Source: Amoebidium appalachense (Eukaryota; Protista; Ichthyosporea). From it: 64,000 bases of DNA. The notes beneath the pieces were generated by a model. It had not been told where the DNA came from, made no database searches, and saw nothing but the letters and a program-made list of their open reading frames with translations. Both the position numbers and the translations under genes were made by a program. Below are positions 1 through 12,724 of this stretch, piece by piece (position 1 is the first letter of the stretch; every line of letters begins with the position of its first letter). The DNA is taken from assembly GCA_963693365.1 (NCBI GenBank), contig CAVNZM010000019.1, positions 1 through 64,000 on the forward strand, written 5' to 3'.

Positions 1-59
1 GCGGGCACACATGGGAGAAGGGGCAGGGCTGCTTAGCGGGGGGGGGGGGGGCTTCCCAC

Positions 60-514
60 CTTCCTCAGGCCGACCGTCTGGCAGCGCATCCTCCGGCTCC
101 TCGTCAGTTGATGATTCTGCAGCAAGAAACGAAACCATATTAATAAGGAGTAAACGGGGGAAGGGGAGGAGGTGGGAGGGGGGGAGGGGGGGTGTGGTGG
201 GGGGAGGGGGGCGAGGGAGAGGGGGGAGGTGAGGGGGAGGGACAAAATGATGTGCCGGTGCATGCTGTGCAGGTGTGTGAATGTGTGTGTGTATGTGACA
301 TGGAGAGTGCAGGTGGGGAAGGGGGATGGGGTATGGGGCGATGGGGGGGTGGGGGGATGGAAGGGGGGGGGGGGGGGGGGAGTAGCCAAATAAAGCAATT
401 CGAAAAAAGTGCTTGAGCTGGAGAGGATTTACAAAAATTGAAACGGATATTTCAAATAAAGTGGTTGGATGTGGGGAGCCATAGCATTATTTTTTAAAAT
501 GAAATACATTCTCT

Positions 515-546
<32 letters not shown>

Positions 547-907
547 GGGAAATATGGGGGGCGAGGGAGAGGGGGGAGGGGTGGGGAGGGGGGAGGTGAG
601 TGGGATGGACAAAATGATGTGCCGGTGCATGCCGTGTAGGTGTGTGAATGTGTGTGTATGTGACATGGTGTGTGCATGTGGGGGGGTGGGGGGGGGGGGG
701 GGGGGGGGGGGAGTAGCCAAACAAAGCAATTCGAACAAAGTATTTGTAATGAGGCAAAACGCCGGATTAAAGGAAAGAGAATTTCATATTGAATGGAAGA
801 GTAGACCGGTGCATGAGTGTATGAATTTAGTTTACGTATGCGGTAGCCTTTAAGTTTCTTTTGGTGTCAGGGTGTGGGTGTGTGTTAGTGTATGTGTGGG
901 TGTGGGT

Positions 908-966
<59 letters not shown>

Positions 967-1029
967 ATCTGTGACTGTGAAAGTAGGGGGGGGGGGGGGG
1001 GGTGATATTGTTGGTGCTTTTTTCTCTGT

Positions 1030-1066
<37 letters not shown>

Positions 1067-1411
1067 ATATGGGGGGCGAGGGAACGGGGGGAGGGGGGGA
1101 GGGGGGGGAGGTGAGTGGAGGGACAAAATGATGTGCCGGTGCATGCCGTGTAGGTGTGTGAATGTGTGTGTATGTGGCATGGTGTGTGCATGTGTGTGTG
1201 GGGGGGGGGGGGGGGGGAGGGGGAGGGGGGAGTAGCCAAACAAAGCAATTCGAAAAAAGTATTTGAGGCAAAACGCCGGATTGGAGGAAAGAGAATTTCA
1301 TATTGAACGGAAGAGTAGACCGGTGCATGAGTGTATGAATTTAGTTTACGTATGCGGTAGCCTTTAAGTTTCTTTTGGTGTCAGGGTGTGGGTGTGTGTT
1401 AGTGTGTGTTA

Positions 1412-1482
<71 letters not shown>

Positions 1483-2189
1483 TGCGTGTATCTGTGGCTG
1501 TGAAAGGGGGGGGGGGGGGGGGGGGTTGATATTGTTGGTGCTTATCTTTCATTATTATTTTTCAAGTATTAGTATTATTAGGGGGGGGGGGGGGGGGGGG
1601 GGGGGCACCTTCCTCAGGCCGACCCTCTGGCAGCGCATCCTCCGGCTCCTCGTCAGATGATTCTGCAGATGATTCTGCAGCAAAAAACGAAACCTTATTA
1701 ATAACTTGGAGTAAACGGGGGAAGGGGAGGAGGTGGGAGGGGGGAGGGGGGGGGGGAAGGGGGGGGGGGAGGGGGTGAGGGAGAGGGGAGATTAGGGGGG
1801 GAGGTGAGTGTAGGGACAAAATGATGGGCCGGTGCATGCCGTGTAGGTGTGTGAATGTGTGTGTGTATGTGACGTGGTGTGTGCAGGTGGGGAAGGGGGT
1901 TGGGTATGGGGCGATGGGGGGACGGGGGAATGGGGGGATGGGGGGAAGGAGGGGGTTGTGGGGATGGAGGGGGGAGGGGGGGGGGGAGTAGCCAAACAAA
2001 GCAATTCGAAAAAAGTGCTTGAGCTGGGAAGGATTTACATATGAAACAGGGTTATTTCAAATAAAGTGGTTGGATGTGGGGAGCCATAGCATTAATTTAG
2101 GCTATTTATTTTTAAAAAAAACCCCAGGGGGGGGGGGGGATATGGGGAGGGGGGGGGGGGGAAGAATAAGGGTGTTTGTGTGTGTGTGT

Positions 2190-2221
<32 letters not shown>

Positions 2222-2252
2222 CTGGAAGGCTGAAATGTGTGTGTTTTTGCAG

Positions 2253-2298
<46 letters not shown>

Positions 2299-2535
2299 CA
2301 GCGGGAGTCGGCGTTGAAGGGGGTGCGGGGGGGGGGGGGGGGGGAGGGGGGGGAGAGAGATTCCTACCTTCAGGCAGAGGTGCTTGGCTTGCCATGTGTT
2401 CCTCAATTAGCTTCTTGGCCTTTTTCGTGAACTGCTTCTTTGTTGTGAATAGGTCTTTGCCGCTGGCCACCACAACAGTCGTAGATAGGAATGCAATGTG
2501 GCCATCCATATCGTTTCTTGTTGCAAGACGGCACA
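60..2535 (-). CDS. Fragment of an unidentified spliced gene: exons ~2368-2535, 1609-1674 and 60-116 (acidic repeat exons); probably continues beyond the left edge
   Basis: Exon-like blocks with CAG acceptors and GT donors in phase 1: VCRLATRNDMDGHIAFLSTTVVVASGKDLFTTKKQFTKKAKKLIEEHMASQAPLPE, ESSAESSDEEPEDALPEGRPEE and ESSTDEEPEDALPDGRPEE. No family recognised. The upstream part abuts the duplication breakpoint at 2528. Confidence 0.45.
140..2100. repeat. Imperfect tandem array of poly-G-rich units
   Basis: The blocks GGACAAAATGATG(T/G)GCCGGTGCATG and AGTAGCCAAA(C/T)AAAGCAATTCGAA recur four times (near 240/381, 607/712, 1121/1231, 1814/1987), separated by G-runs and (GT)n. Confidence 0.85.
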
Positions 2536-5500
2536 CCTGAACACCCACACACACTGTCGCACATGTGCACCTTACACACACGCACTAACACACACCGGAT
2601 CCAATTCCCGTGATTTTACCCATTGACTATATTGTAGAGAAATTAACACCCACATAGCTCCGTTGTAACATCCGTCATCGTGGCTGCGCGTAACGACTTT
2701 GGTTATAACTCGGGAATAGTGCTGAGTGTACAAATCACACCAAAGTTAACTCGGGAATAGTGCTGAGTGTACAAATCGCACCAAAGGAAAGCTGGCCTAG
2801 GTGGCTCGAATACATGTGGGTGTTACACACACGCACTAACACACACCGGATCCAATTCCCGGGATTTTACCCATTGAATTCCATTGCGCTTTCAAAATGC
2901 GTTTCAAAAAAGGCCCTGCACATTTCCATCGGAACTGATTAAGGTACTTCAAGGGGCATACCGGGGAGAAAATCGAATGCAGCCAGTACCACCAGCCGGC
3001 CAATTAAAGTTGAACAAATATAAGCACGTCTTGCTATCGTTAACCTAAGTTCATGCAGCTACCTAGATTGCAAATATCCAGTCACCACTCACATCCGCAA
3101 CAGAGTTAAACATTAACCACCCGTGCACTGAACAGTTACTATTCACAACAATTGTCGATCCACTCGTGGCTGAAGGTTTTCCCACGTACGTAAGAGTCTC
3201 CCAGGGACACGTGATCGTCCCACCTCCGGGAGCTGCTAATTGGCTAGTTATCAGCTGCCCATCACGTTCAGTCACTTCGTATTGAAATTTCGCCGTGCAA
3301 CCCCCGTTGGCATTTATGAACCTTTGGCAATCGGTTGATGAGATAAACATGGGACAACCTTTCAGTCCTCCTTCCAAATAAAGTTTGCCGGTTGTGTTTG
3401 CATTTGTCCCTGCTGGAAATCATGTGAGTGAGCGCACGCACGCCTGTTTCTTGGGCACAATAGGGGTTTATGGTAAAAGGGAAACGGCGGTGGGGGGTTC
3501 GATCACGGGCTGGAAAAGATAAATCAGGAGATTAGGCCCAGGGGATTCTTGGAATCCAGAAGGGGGGGAAAATGTTATAGTGCTCATGTCTATATGAAGG
3601 TAATGCTTGCGGTCGTGTCATCATCTTGTTAATAATTCAGCCCGATCTCAAAAGGCATGTGTGCACCAACCACTCACTCTCACTCGGTCCCAATTGATAG
3701 TACATGTTTAACAGTATTCACTGTGCATGGAAGTAAAACAACAGGCTGAGCTTCCCAATACACCAGCTAAATGATATTCGCTAGAAAGAACATTAACTTC
3801 CCCGGTGAACATGTAGACCATTGCAGCATACAACAACAATGCATCACACCGAACAGAGGTCACTGAGTTTCTTCAATCATGGAAGACTCCTAATGCGCAA
3901 GCACATATGACCCTCTCACATCAGTCACACCCTACTAGTACATTTTTCCAATGTCACCAACTTAAGTTAGCTCCCTACACAGATTCAATTCAACATAACG
4001 TCCTCCCATGCATAATCAGGAGTGTCAATTGCCTAGGGTCTTGGTACAAACGACACTCTAAAACTGTCATCACACGAATACAAAAACCGCCCATACTTAG
4101 GTGACTGCACTTGCAAGCAAAATGTACTTGCTAACGTCTGTCCCAAAACATTCCGAGCCGGCCACTGAAAAGCTGACGTCATAGATGAACGTGCAGTGAC
4201 GTTGAAATAATCTCCGGGGGAGGGGCACCCACCTCCATTCACGCTTCCACCTTGAACAACTTGATTGGATGTCGGGGCACATGTAGGCGTAGCTGTGACA
4301 GTGGCGGTACTTGTGAAGGTGGTGGTGGCGGTTGAAATTTGCGTCGTCGTGATTGATTTTGTTGCTGTTGCTGTTGTCGTGGCAGTGGCAATGCAAAAGT
4401 ACCCCCCATCTGTATCTTGGCAAGTTGTGTCGGCAATGGACCCGCACACACTCGGAACGGAGAGGCACTCGTTTATGTTTGTGCAGTTTGTGCCTGTGTA
4501 GTTGTATCCGGTAGGGCACACACATGTGTAGTTGCTCAAGCCCAAACCAGTAGGTTTGCAGGTGGAAGATGATGGACACGTGAACGTTCCCGGGGAACAT
4601 GGTGACTGGTCTGCAATACAAAACCCAATCAGTTCGTGAGATTATGTCGCTGGTGGCACGGTCTAGAAAGTGGTCCAATCAATTAAATGGATACTAACAT
4701 GTTTCTTTTTTTTTTTTTTTTTGTTGGCGGGGGGAAGGGGGGGGGGGGGGGGGGGGGGGGGTCATTCATACACCCAAAGTTTCCACAAAGATGATGGCAT
4801 CGGACCCTGGGTGACACCTAGATACTGAGATTTGATATCAAACTTTGAAAAGCAGAAGGAATGATGGAGATTTGGTATCATCAGACAAGTACACTCACAT
4901 GCACCCATAGCGCCCTCGGTGATGATGACACTTGTACAAGTCTTAGTCAGGCTGCAGTATGAGGTAGTGCTGACCCACGTGTATGCACCACACCCAGCCG
5001 TGGCCTCGCACCATAGGTGGCAGTCGGTTGCTGTTTCGATTAGGCGGTAAATACTTCCCGGATATCTGATTCCCAGCTGGTTCGTTTTCTGCACATCTGT
5101 ATCCGACATAGGGGCCGTTTCCTGCATGGGTATACGAAGATTGGTGTTAGGTATATAAGTTCATTGGGTGCCATCCCTTGCATTTGCATGGTTAATCTTA
5201 GGTGTGCTAGTATGTATTCGAATGCGTAGATAGATTTATTTGGGTGTGTATACTAGAAGGGTTACGGCTGTGTGTGCCCTACTAAATGTATAGTGCTCAT
5301 ACTTTTCAATAATGTATAGTGCTCATACTTTTCAATATTTCCACGGCAACTACAAACAAGTACTAGAAGGGTTACGGCTGCATGGCTCGAGGGTTTTGTG
5401 AATCGAAACGACACATATGTTTGTATTTCCAAGAGAGAGAGTGTGTGTGTGCCCTACTAAATGTATAGTGCTCATACTTTTCAATAATGTATAGTGCTCA

Positions 5501-5793
5501 TACTTTTCAATATTTCAACGGCAACTACAAACAAGTGGATAAGTAACACCGTATCCCAGCCGATCCCTACTTGTCTCAACCCGTCTAACCATCGGACTTG
5601 GGTGCACGGAGTATGAAATTAGGGAGCAAGATGAGACACACACACACACAGAGAGAGAGAGAGGGACAGACCAGTGCGCATGCGCACGCGCACGTGCGCG
5701 CACGCACACACACACGTGCACACACGCACCAACACACACACACACGGACACGGTGTCGGGTGCACGGAGTATGAAATTAGGGAGCAAGATGAG

Positions 5794-5824
<31 letters not shown>

Positions 5825-6030
5825 CAGACAAGTGCGCGCGCACACACACACACGTGCACACACGCACCAACACACACACACACGGACACGGTGTCGGGTG
5901 TACACACACACACATACACACACAAACACACACACACAGACAGTGTCAGGTGTACACACACACACATAAGCGCGGGCCGCACAAACACACACATGGCCCA
6001 AGTTACAGACAAACACAGACCGGCACCCAC

Positions 6031-6068
<38 letters not shown>

Positions 6069-6121
6069 ACCACCACACACACACACACACACAAAAACGC
6101 ACAAGTTGTCTTTACCCTGCC

Positions 6122-6152
<31 letters not shown>

Positions 6153-7539
6153 ACACACACACACAATAACGGAGAGGGCCCCGAGGCCGGGCTTCTTACC
6201 CACGGCAGCCTGGGGGGCAGGGTCGACATCTGTTAAAATGGTTGTTGGGCGTGTCAGTATCAAGTCAAACCATGTTCTGATAATGAAATTTCACGGCCAA
6301 TACACACCGGTAGTGGCTATGTTACCTTTGCCTGAGGCATTTCTACAAAAGTTTAACAGTTCCATGCTTCTATACAACCATGTCATTTCGTTGGCTCCCA
6401 CATACTAGTACTTAGGCGCATCAACAACTTGAATAATCACTACAGCAGCGGCACTGCCTCGGGCCCCGTCCCAACCAAAATACTGTAGGCGCATCAACAA
6501 CTTGAATAATCACTACAGCGGGGGCACTGCCTCGGGCCCCGTCCCAACCAAAATTCTATAATAGACTTTGTTGTCTCTACAAAGTACTGCACGTGCACAT
6601 TTTCTTACCCCCCCCCCCCCCCCCCCCCCCCATCGCCCCTTCCAGTTTCACGCCCCGATCATGATTGCTACAGAGCAACTGCTGAATCTCTATGTCAGAG
6701 ACTAGTCTAAATCGAGTGCACCGATCATGATCGCTACAGAGCAACTGCTGAATCTCTATGGCAGATGCTAGTCTAAATCGAGTGCACTAAAGCCCGAGTC
6801 TTCACAGATGGTCACCCATACAAATAGGAAGGGAAAGTACAAATTAGACGAATACTAGCCTTTGCTAACAAACTTGAAGAACTATTGTGGTAACAAACTT
6901 GAAGAACTATTGTGTAGTGCAACAAGACATGCACGCCCACCCGTTCACCTACATGTCTTGAAGGTTTGAGGCGGGACCGAGTCATGATTCTTCGGGAGAA
7001 TCCACTCGCAGTCTCTGAATATGCTACACCAAGTTGGTGCTGGGATAAAACGTAGCGTACTTGCACAGCGGATCCTTTTGTGCTTTGCACATGTCTTGGC
7101 AATCGGTGGCGTTCTGTCCCGTCGGAAGTATCATGCCCATAATAACGTTGGCACGCGGCGGACTGTCCATACAACTGCAGTTTGTGCGTGGGAAGGAACC
7201 TGTTGGTCGGTCACGGGGGTTGATTTACGTAATTAGTCTTAAATACCTCAAAGTATGATTTGAAATTTCCAGTACTATGATCAAATAGATATTAAAGGTC
7301 TTCATGTTTGTTTTGAAGGGTCAGAAGCCGAATTGGATGTGGAATGTTGCCAAATCAGATCGTTGTGTCTGTGTGTCTATGTGTGTATGACAAGGCTACC
7401 TCAAATTGTTTTTGTGTGTGTGCAACCATGTGTGTGTGAAGGGGGGTAGGGGTGGGGTGGAGGTGTGGCAAAATTTACGTATTTGAATTTTCCTTGAGCG
7501 ACACTTGATGGAAGGCGGAACACGTTACATCCTCCAATA

Positions 7540-8040
7540 GAATTATGACTTTTATCTTTGAAGAAAAAATACAGGGTCTTTACAATCTCAACGTCATGTT
7601 AGAATTATGACTTTTAACTTTGAAGATCTTCGAAAAAATACAGGGTCTTTACAATCTCAACGTCACGTTAAAATTATGACTTTTAACTTTGAAGATCTTC
7701 GTTAAGTCTGAGACTCCCTGCTCATCAGTGCAGGAACAAATGCAAATGAAACACAGAATTATGACTTTTAATACAATCTCAACGTCACGTTAAAATTATG
7801 ACTTTTAACTTTGAAGATCTTCGTTAAGTCTGAGACTCCCTGCTCATCAGTGCAGGAACAAATGCAAATGAAACACAGAATTATGACTTTTAACTTTGAA
7901 GATCTTCGTTAAGTCTGAGACTCCCTGCTCATCAGTGCAGGAACAAATGCAAATGAAACACAGAATTATGACTTTTAACTTTGAAGAAAAAAATGAGACT
8001 CCCTGCTCATCAGTGCAGGAACAAATGCAAATGAAACACG
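7540..8040. repeat. Intronic tandem minisatellite, also present at ~24680-25180
   Basis: Repeated AATTATGACTTTTAACTTTGAAGA and GAGACTCCCTGCTCATCAGTGCAGGAACAAATGCAAATGAAACAC blocks. Confidence 0.9.
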
Positions 8041-8406
8041 GCCAACCACAAGTCTTATAAACAATGTTTTCTCTTTTCTCTTCTGTTCAGCAGGCACATT
8101 GACACGCACACGTACCGTTTGCTGGGATCGCATCTGTATGGCAGATGTAACAGGGGTCACCCATGCCGGATGATGCATCAGATCGGTTTGTTGCATGTAT
8201 CATTGTGTGTGTGGTGTGTGTGGTGTGTGTGTGTGGGGGGGGGGGGGGGGGGGGGGGGGGGGTGCGTGCGTGCATGTGCATGTGTTAATGGGGTGTTGGT
8301 CACGTGCGCATCGGTCGAGGTGCGGAGAAGTTAATGAAGGGAGCCGTTGATACTATAGTGCCAAAAGCGTGGGTGAGTGGGTGGGTGGGTGGGTGGGTGG
8401 GTGGGT

Positions 8407-8438
<32 letters not shown>

Positions 8439-8575
8439 AGGTGAAGATGGGACTTCGTCTGAGCTACAATCTGCGTGAGGATCTTGGCCCCATTCCATGA
8501 ATGGGATGCCATTCAGTCTATCTACATCGCCGGTGCTACACTTTCATCATTGAAACACAAACACACACACACTGT

Positions 8576-8783
<208 letters not shown>

Positions 8784-8884
8784 TAAACACCGACAATGAT
8801 GAAAAACTTCAAGACGGTGTTGTGGCAAGGCGCCTTGAAGGGTGGATGGAAATGCGTTGAGTGGGTGTTGTTCTTTTTTGTTTC

Positions 8885-8918
<34 letters not shown>

Positions 8919-11095
8919 GGGTGGGGGGGGGGGGGGGGGGGGGGACCCACTGGCAGGGACGGCCATGGTTGGATCTGTAGGGTTAAATGGCTAGTCAGTA
9001 ATGTAACCAGCAGGGAGGGAGAAGATAGGCCCTGACCGAAGAGTGGGTTATGGGGGAAAAAAGGAAAGATTGAAAAATCTCTCTATGTGCTCTTTAAGCG
9101 ATGCCATAGCCAAGTTGGCAAAATGTAAATCATTTCAGCTCGTGTTTCCATGGTTGCAAGAGATAGATGCGATCCTAAAACCTGACATAATTGACACAAG
9201 AGAGGAAGAAGAAGGGCCGCATGTGCCATCTGGATGACAAGGCATTCAAGAATACAAGGGCAACAGCACGGGAGAAACAGAGATAATGGGAACACGTGTT
9301 CGGGATTCCGGACTTCGTGTATATACACAATCATGTACACACACACACACACACTATCCACACACACGCACTAGTGTGCGCATACACGCAAAAAGGAAGA
9401 AAAGTGACAGGGGCGTATAAGAGCAAAGACCGTCACCGGAGAGAAGAACGGAGAGGCCCAGTCTGGAATCATGGCTGGAAAAAACAGGAATTTTTCGAAC
9501 GACATGTCGAGGCAAAGAGAGATAAAGCTGGATGGAAAATTGAACAGGGCTACACGGCCCGGAGAGCCAATGAGACTCTGAAAGAGGTTACACTTACAGA
9601 GGTCGTATGTGACTGTGTCATTTGACGTAGGAATAATGGTGTCGCACGTCTTCCAACCCGTACACCAACCAATGCTTGAATTGTAAGTGTAGTAGGTACA
9701 GCCAAGCACACCCAGGCAGGTGTCTCGGCACGTTAGGTAGTTGCTGCTTCCTGAATAAGAAGAAACATTCCTGTCGAGGACTCTGTTGCCGTAGGGGGGG
9801 TCCATGGCGCACTGATAGCCCGCCAGCGGAAAGGTATACACCGCTGTTTGAAAAGCACATTCACGCCGTTAGTGTTCCCGGGGTTTATGGTTCAGAGCTC
9901 GAGGCCCAAGTTCCCCAACAGAGGTGCTGCAATGATGCATTATTTGGCCAGGTTCCACGTCAGTAACATAATGGTACTGCCATACAGTATGATATACTGT
10001 GATCATAGTGGTTGAAAAAGCGTTGTGCAAGTAAAACACATGACTTGGGCAAATAGTCCAATGTCTGCTCACTCTCAGAACTATAAAAAAATACGTGAAA
10101 CAGACTCCAATTCAAAACAAAGAGGGATTTCTTGCTACACTGTCAGTGTCACCACAGCTATGGTCGCCGGCTATGACCAAACCCGCTACTAGTAGAACGG
10201 TAGCAGCTGTATGTGACTCGATAATAGGTTAATGCTATATACCCAGCTACACACGCGTACGGCAACACTATATATTAGTTATCATGATAGAGTCTTTATT
10301 GATCAATATATCATCGGATTCCATCCGCAAAGACTCACTAAAAGAGCTGCTGCTACCTCAACGGTACTTAAAGTTTCAAAATATAGCAACATAGATCATA
10401 GACTCTCGGGGACTCTGCACCTGTATGCACTAATGATGCCATGTATGATGTGACTTACATGCTGCGGTGGCCAGTTGTGTATTGAAGAGCAGACCGAGTA
10501 GGAGGGTGGCTGTGGCCACCCAGTGCACCAGTGTCTGACGCTTCATTCTCAGGCCCGGGCCTCTGCTACGATAGAAAAAAAACATTGAGTGCTTTTAGAC
10601 TAGTCTAGCTGCAGCATTGTATGCATAATAACCACTATACTATTGGCGCCGCACAGCCCTTCATTAACTAAACACTGTACATATGTCGGGGGGTGCCTGA
10701 CTCACATTTACTACATCACGGGACAGTTTCAAAGTGAACTGGGACACTAGTGCAATGGACACGGTTGTGCGGGCATCTACCATGATATTGATGGCTGCCC
10801 GTTGGACTATACATTTGAGGCTATTTACAAGCCAGGCGGCTTGTGCTGCACATCTCTCGTGCAGCTACATCATCATACCGTGTACATGTAACACTACTGA
10901 GTGGCATGGTGGTGCAGTCACACAACACCATGTGCGTGGGTAGGCGTGTGCATGTGTGTGTGTCATGTGTGTGTGTGTGTTTTTGTGTGCGTGTGTGCGT
11001 GTGTGCGTGTGTGTGTGTGGTGTGTGTGTGTGTGTGTGTGTGTTTGTCATTATGTGTACGTACGCACATGCACACCGTCACTACGTACACATAAC

Positions 11096-11612
11096 GACAC
11101 ATTTATTCAAGTATGGATTACATTATGTATTACGGAGCTAACAACACATTTATTCAAGTATGGATTACATTTTGTATTACGGAGCTCCTAGTAGCTATAG
11201 AGTGGTCGGCATGGTGGGGGTGGCAGCTTACCAAGGCGTGATAGCGTTTGGTTATGGCGTTTCAAACCTGAAATGTCGAGAAACGAGGGATCCGGAGACA
11301 TACCCTCGGCAGAGCTTGGCTTCGAATGCTGATTCAAACAAACTTGAACTGCTCTTTGCTGCATTAATTCAGGAGTTATATGTTTGTTTATGTGTCGAGA
11401 AGGTACACCGCACATGCAAAATCGATCCAAACCCCGCATTGATTGGTCGAGAGGCTCTGCGGCACGCAGATGGAATTCGATCCCAATAAAACGAATACCG
11501 CACTGACATAGAATTAGCCATTCAGATTCCAAATAAAAATAAAAAAATAAAAAATAAAAAATAAAAAATTGTATCTCCACCGTATGGCATATGATGTCTA
11601 TTAGATTTTGAT
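11096..11612. repeat. ~515-bp direct repeat, uninterrupted copy; the second copy (12126-12562 + 16982-17060) is split by the LINE
   Basis: GACACATTTATTCAAG...TTCAGATTCCAA and AAAAATAAAA...TTAGATTTTGAT are contiguous here but flank the LINE in the second copy. Confidence 0.92.
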
Positions 11613-12724
11613 TCGTTATATCTCCACTTAAAAAAAATTGTATCATGTAAGTGTAACACCTATTTCATTAGATGTATATCTTGTTGGGTGAAAGGACTGT
11701 TGACCTTGGTGCCGATAACTCATCACAGCTCACATGTCGTTAATAAACAGCACATTCTCCCCCAATCAGATTCGCGAGCGAAAAAACAAAAAAAAAAAAA
11801 TTAATTTTTATTTATTTTTCTTTAACCTCATTTCCATTCTCCCCTCAGATTCGCGAGCGAATAAAAATTAGGTATGCGATTGAGTAGTTTGGCTCTCGCA
11901 GCTCTCGCACCTACGTGGATTGTTCTCTGAACTTTGTCTCGCCGAGTCGGTGCTCTAATATTAACTCTCTCTTTCCAAAAAGATTGAGATCCGAGTTGGC
12001 TCTGATTATAATCATTTCGCCTTCACCATATATGTCTCTTCTCGGAGTGATTAAATTTTCTAAAACTCCCTACACCGGGTTTAGACCACTTACCGCTGTG
12101 CACTGTATGGCCAGAGTAGACTTTAGACACATTTATTCAAGTATGGATTACATTATGTATTACGGAGCTAACAACACATTTATTCAAGTATGGATTACAT
12201 TATGTATTACGGAGCTCCTGGTAGCTATAGAGTGGTCGGCATGGTGGGGGTGGCAGCTTACCAAGGCGTGATAGCGTTTGGTTATGGCGTTTCAAACCTG
12301 AAATGTCGAGAAACGAGGGATCCGGAGACATGCCCTCGGCAGAGCTTGGCTTCGAATGCTGATTCAAACAAACTTGAACTGCTCTTTGCTGCATTAATTT
12401 AGGAGTTATATGTTTGTTTATGTGTCGAGAAGGTACACCGCACATGTAAAATCGATCCAAACCCCGCATTGATTGGTCGAGAGGCTCTGCGGCACGCAGA
12501 TGGAATTCGATCCCAATAAAACGAATACCGCACTTACATAGAATTAGCCATTCAGATTCCAAGGGGGTTTACACACTTTTTATTGCGTGGACACTGCCGG
12601 AGGCCCAGCCACATTCGACGGCCTACTGCGTTTTCCAGCACAGCCAATCAAATGCAGCCAGTGACATATGTACATGCTAGGCAACAATGAGCGCCATCGT
12701 AGTATCTGACACCCCTATTACATA

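Noticed and set aside
4762-5127. ORF-track 121-aa protein read as the intact version of this exon
   Set aside because: Its N-terminal half is out of frame because of the extra base at 5038; copy 2 gives the proper PAN frame (GYRCAENEP..).
7540-8040. CRISPR-like array (also considered at 40911-41590 and 59310-59465)
   Set aside because: No unique spacers, no cas genes, and an intronic eukaryotic context; these are ordinary minisatellites.
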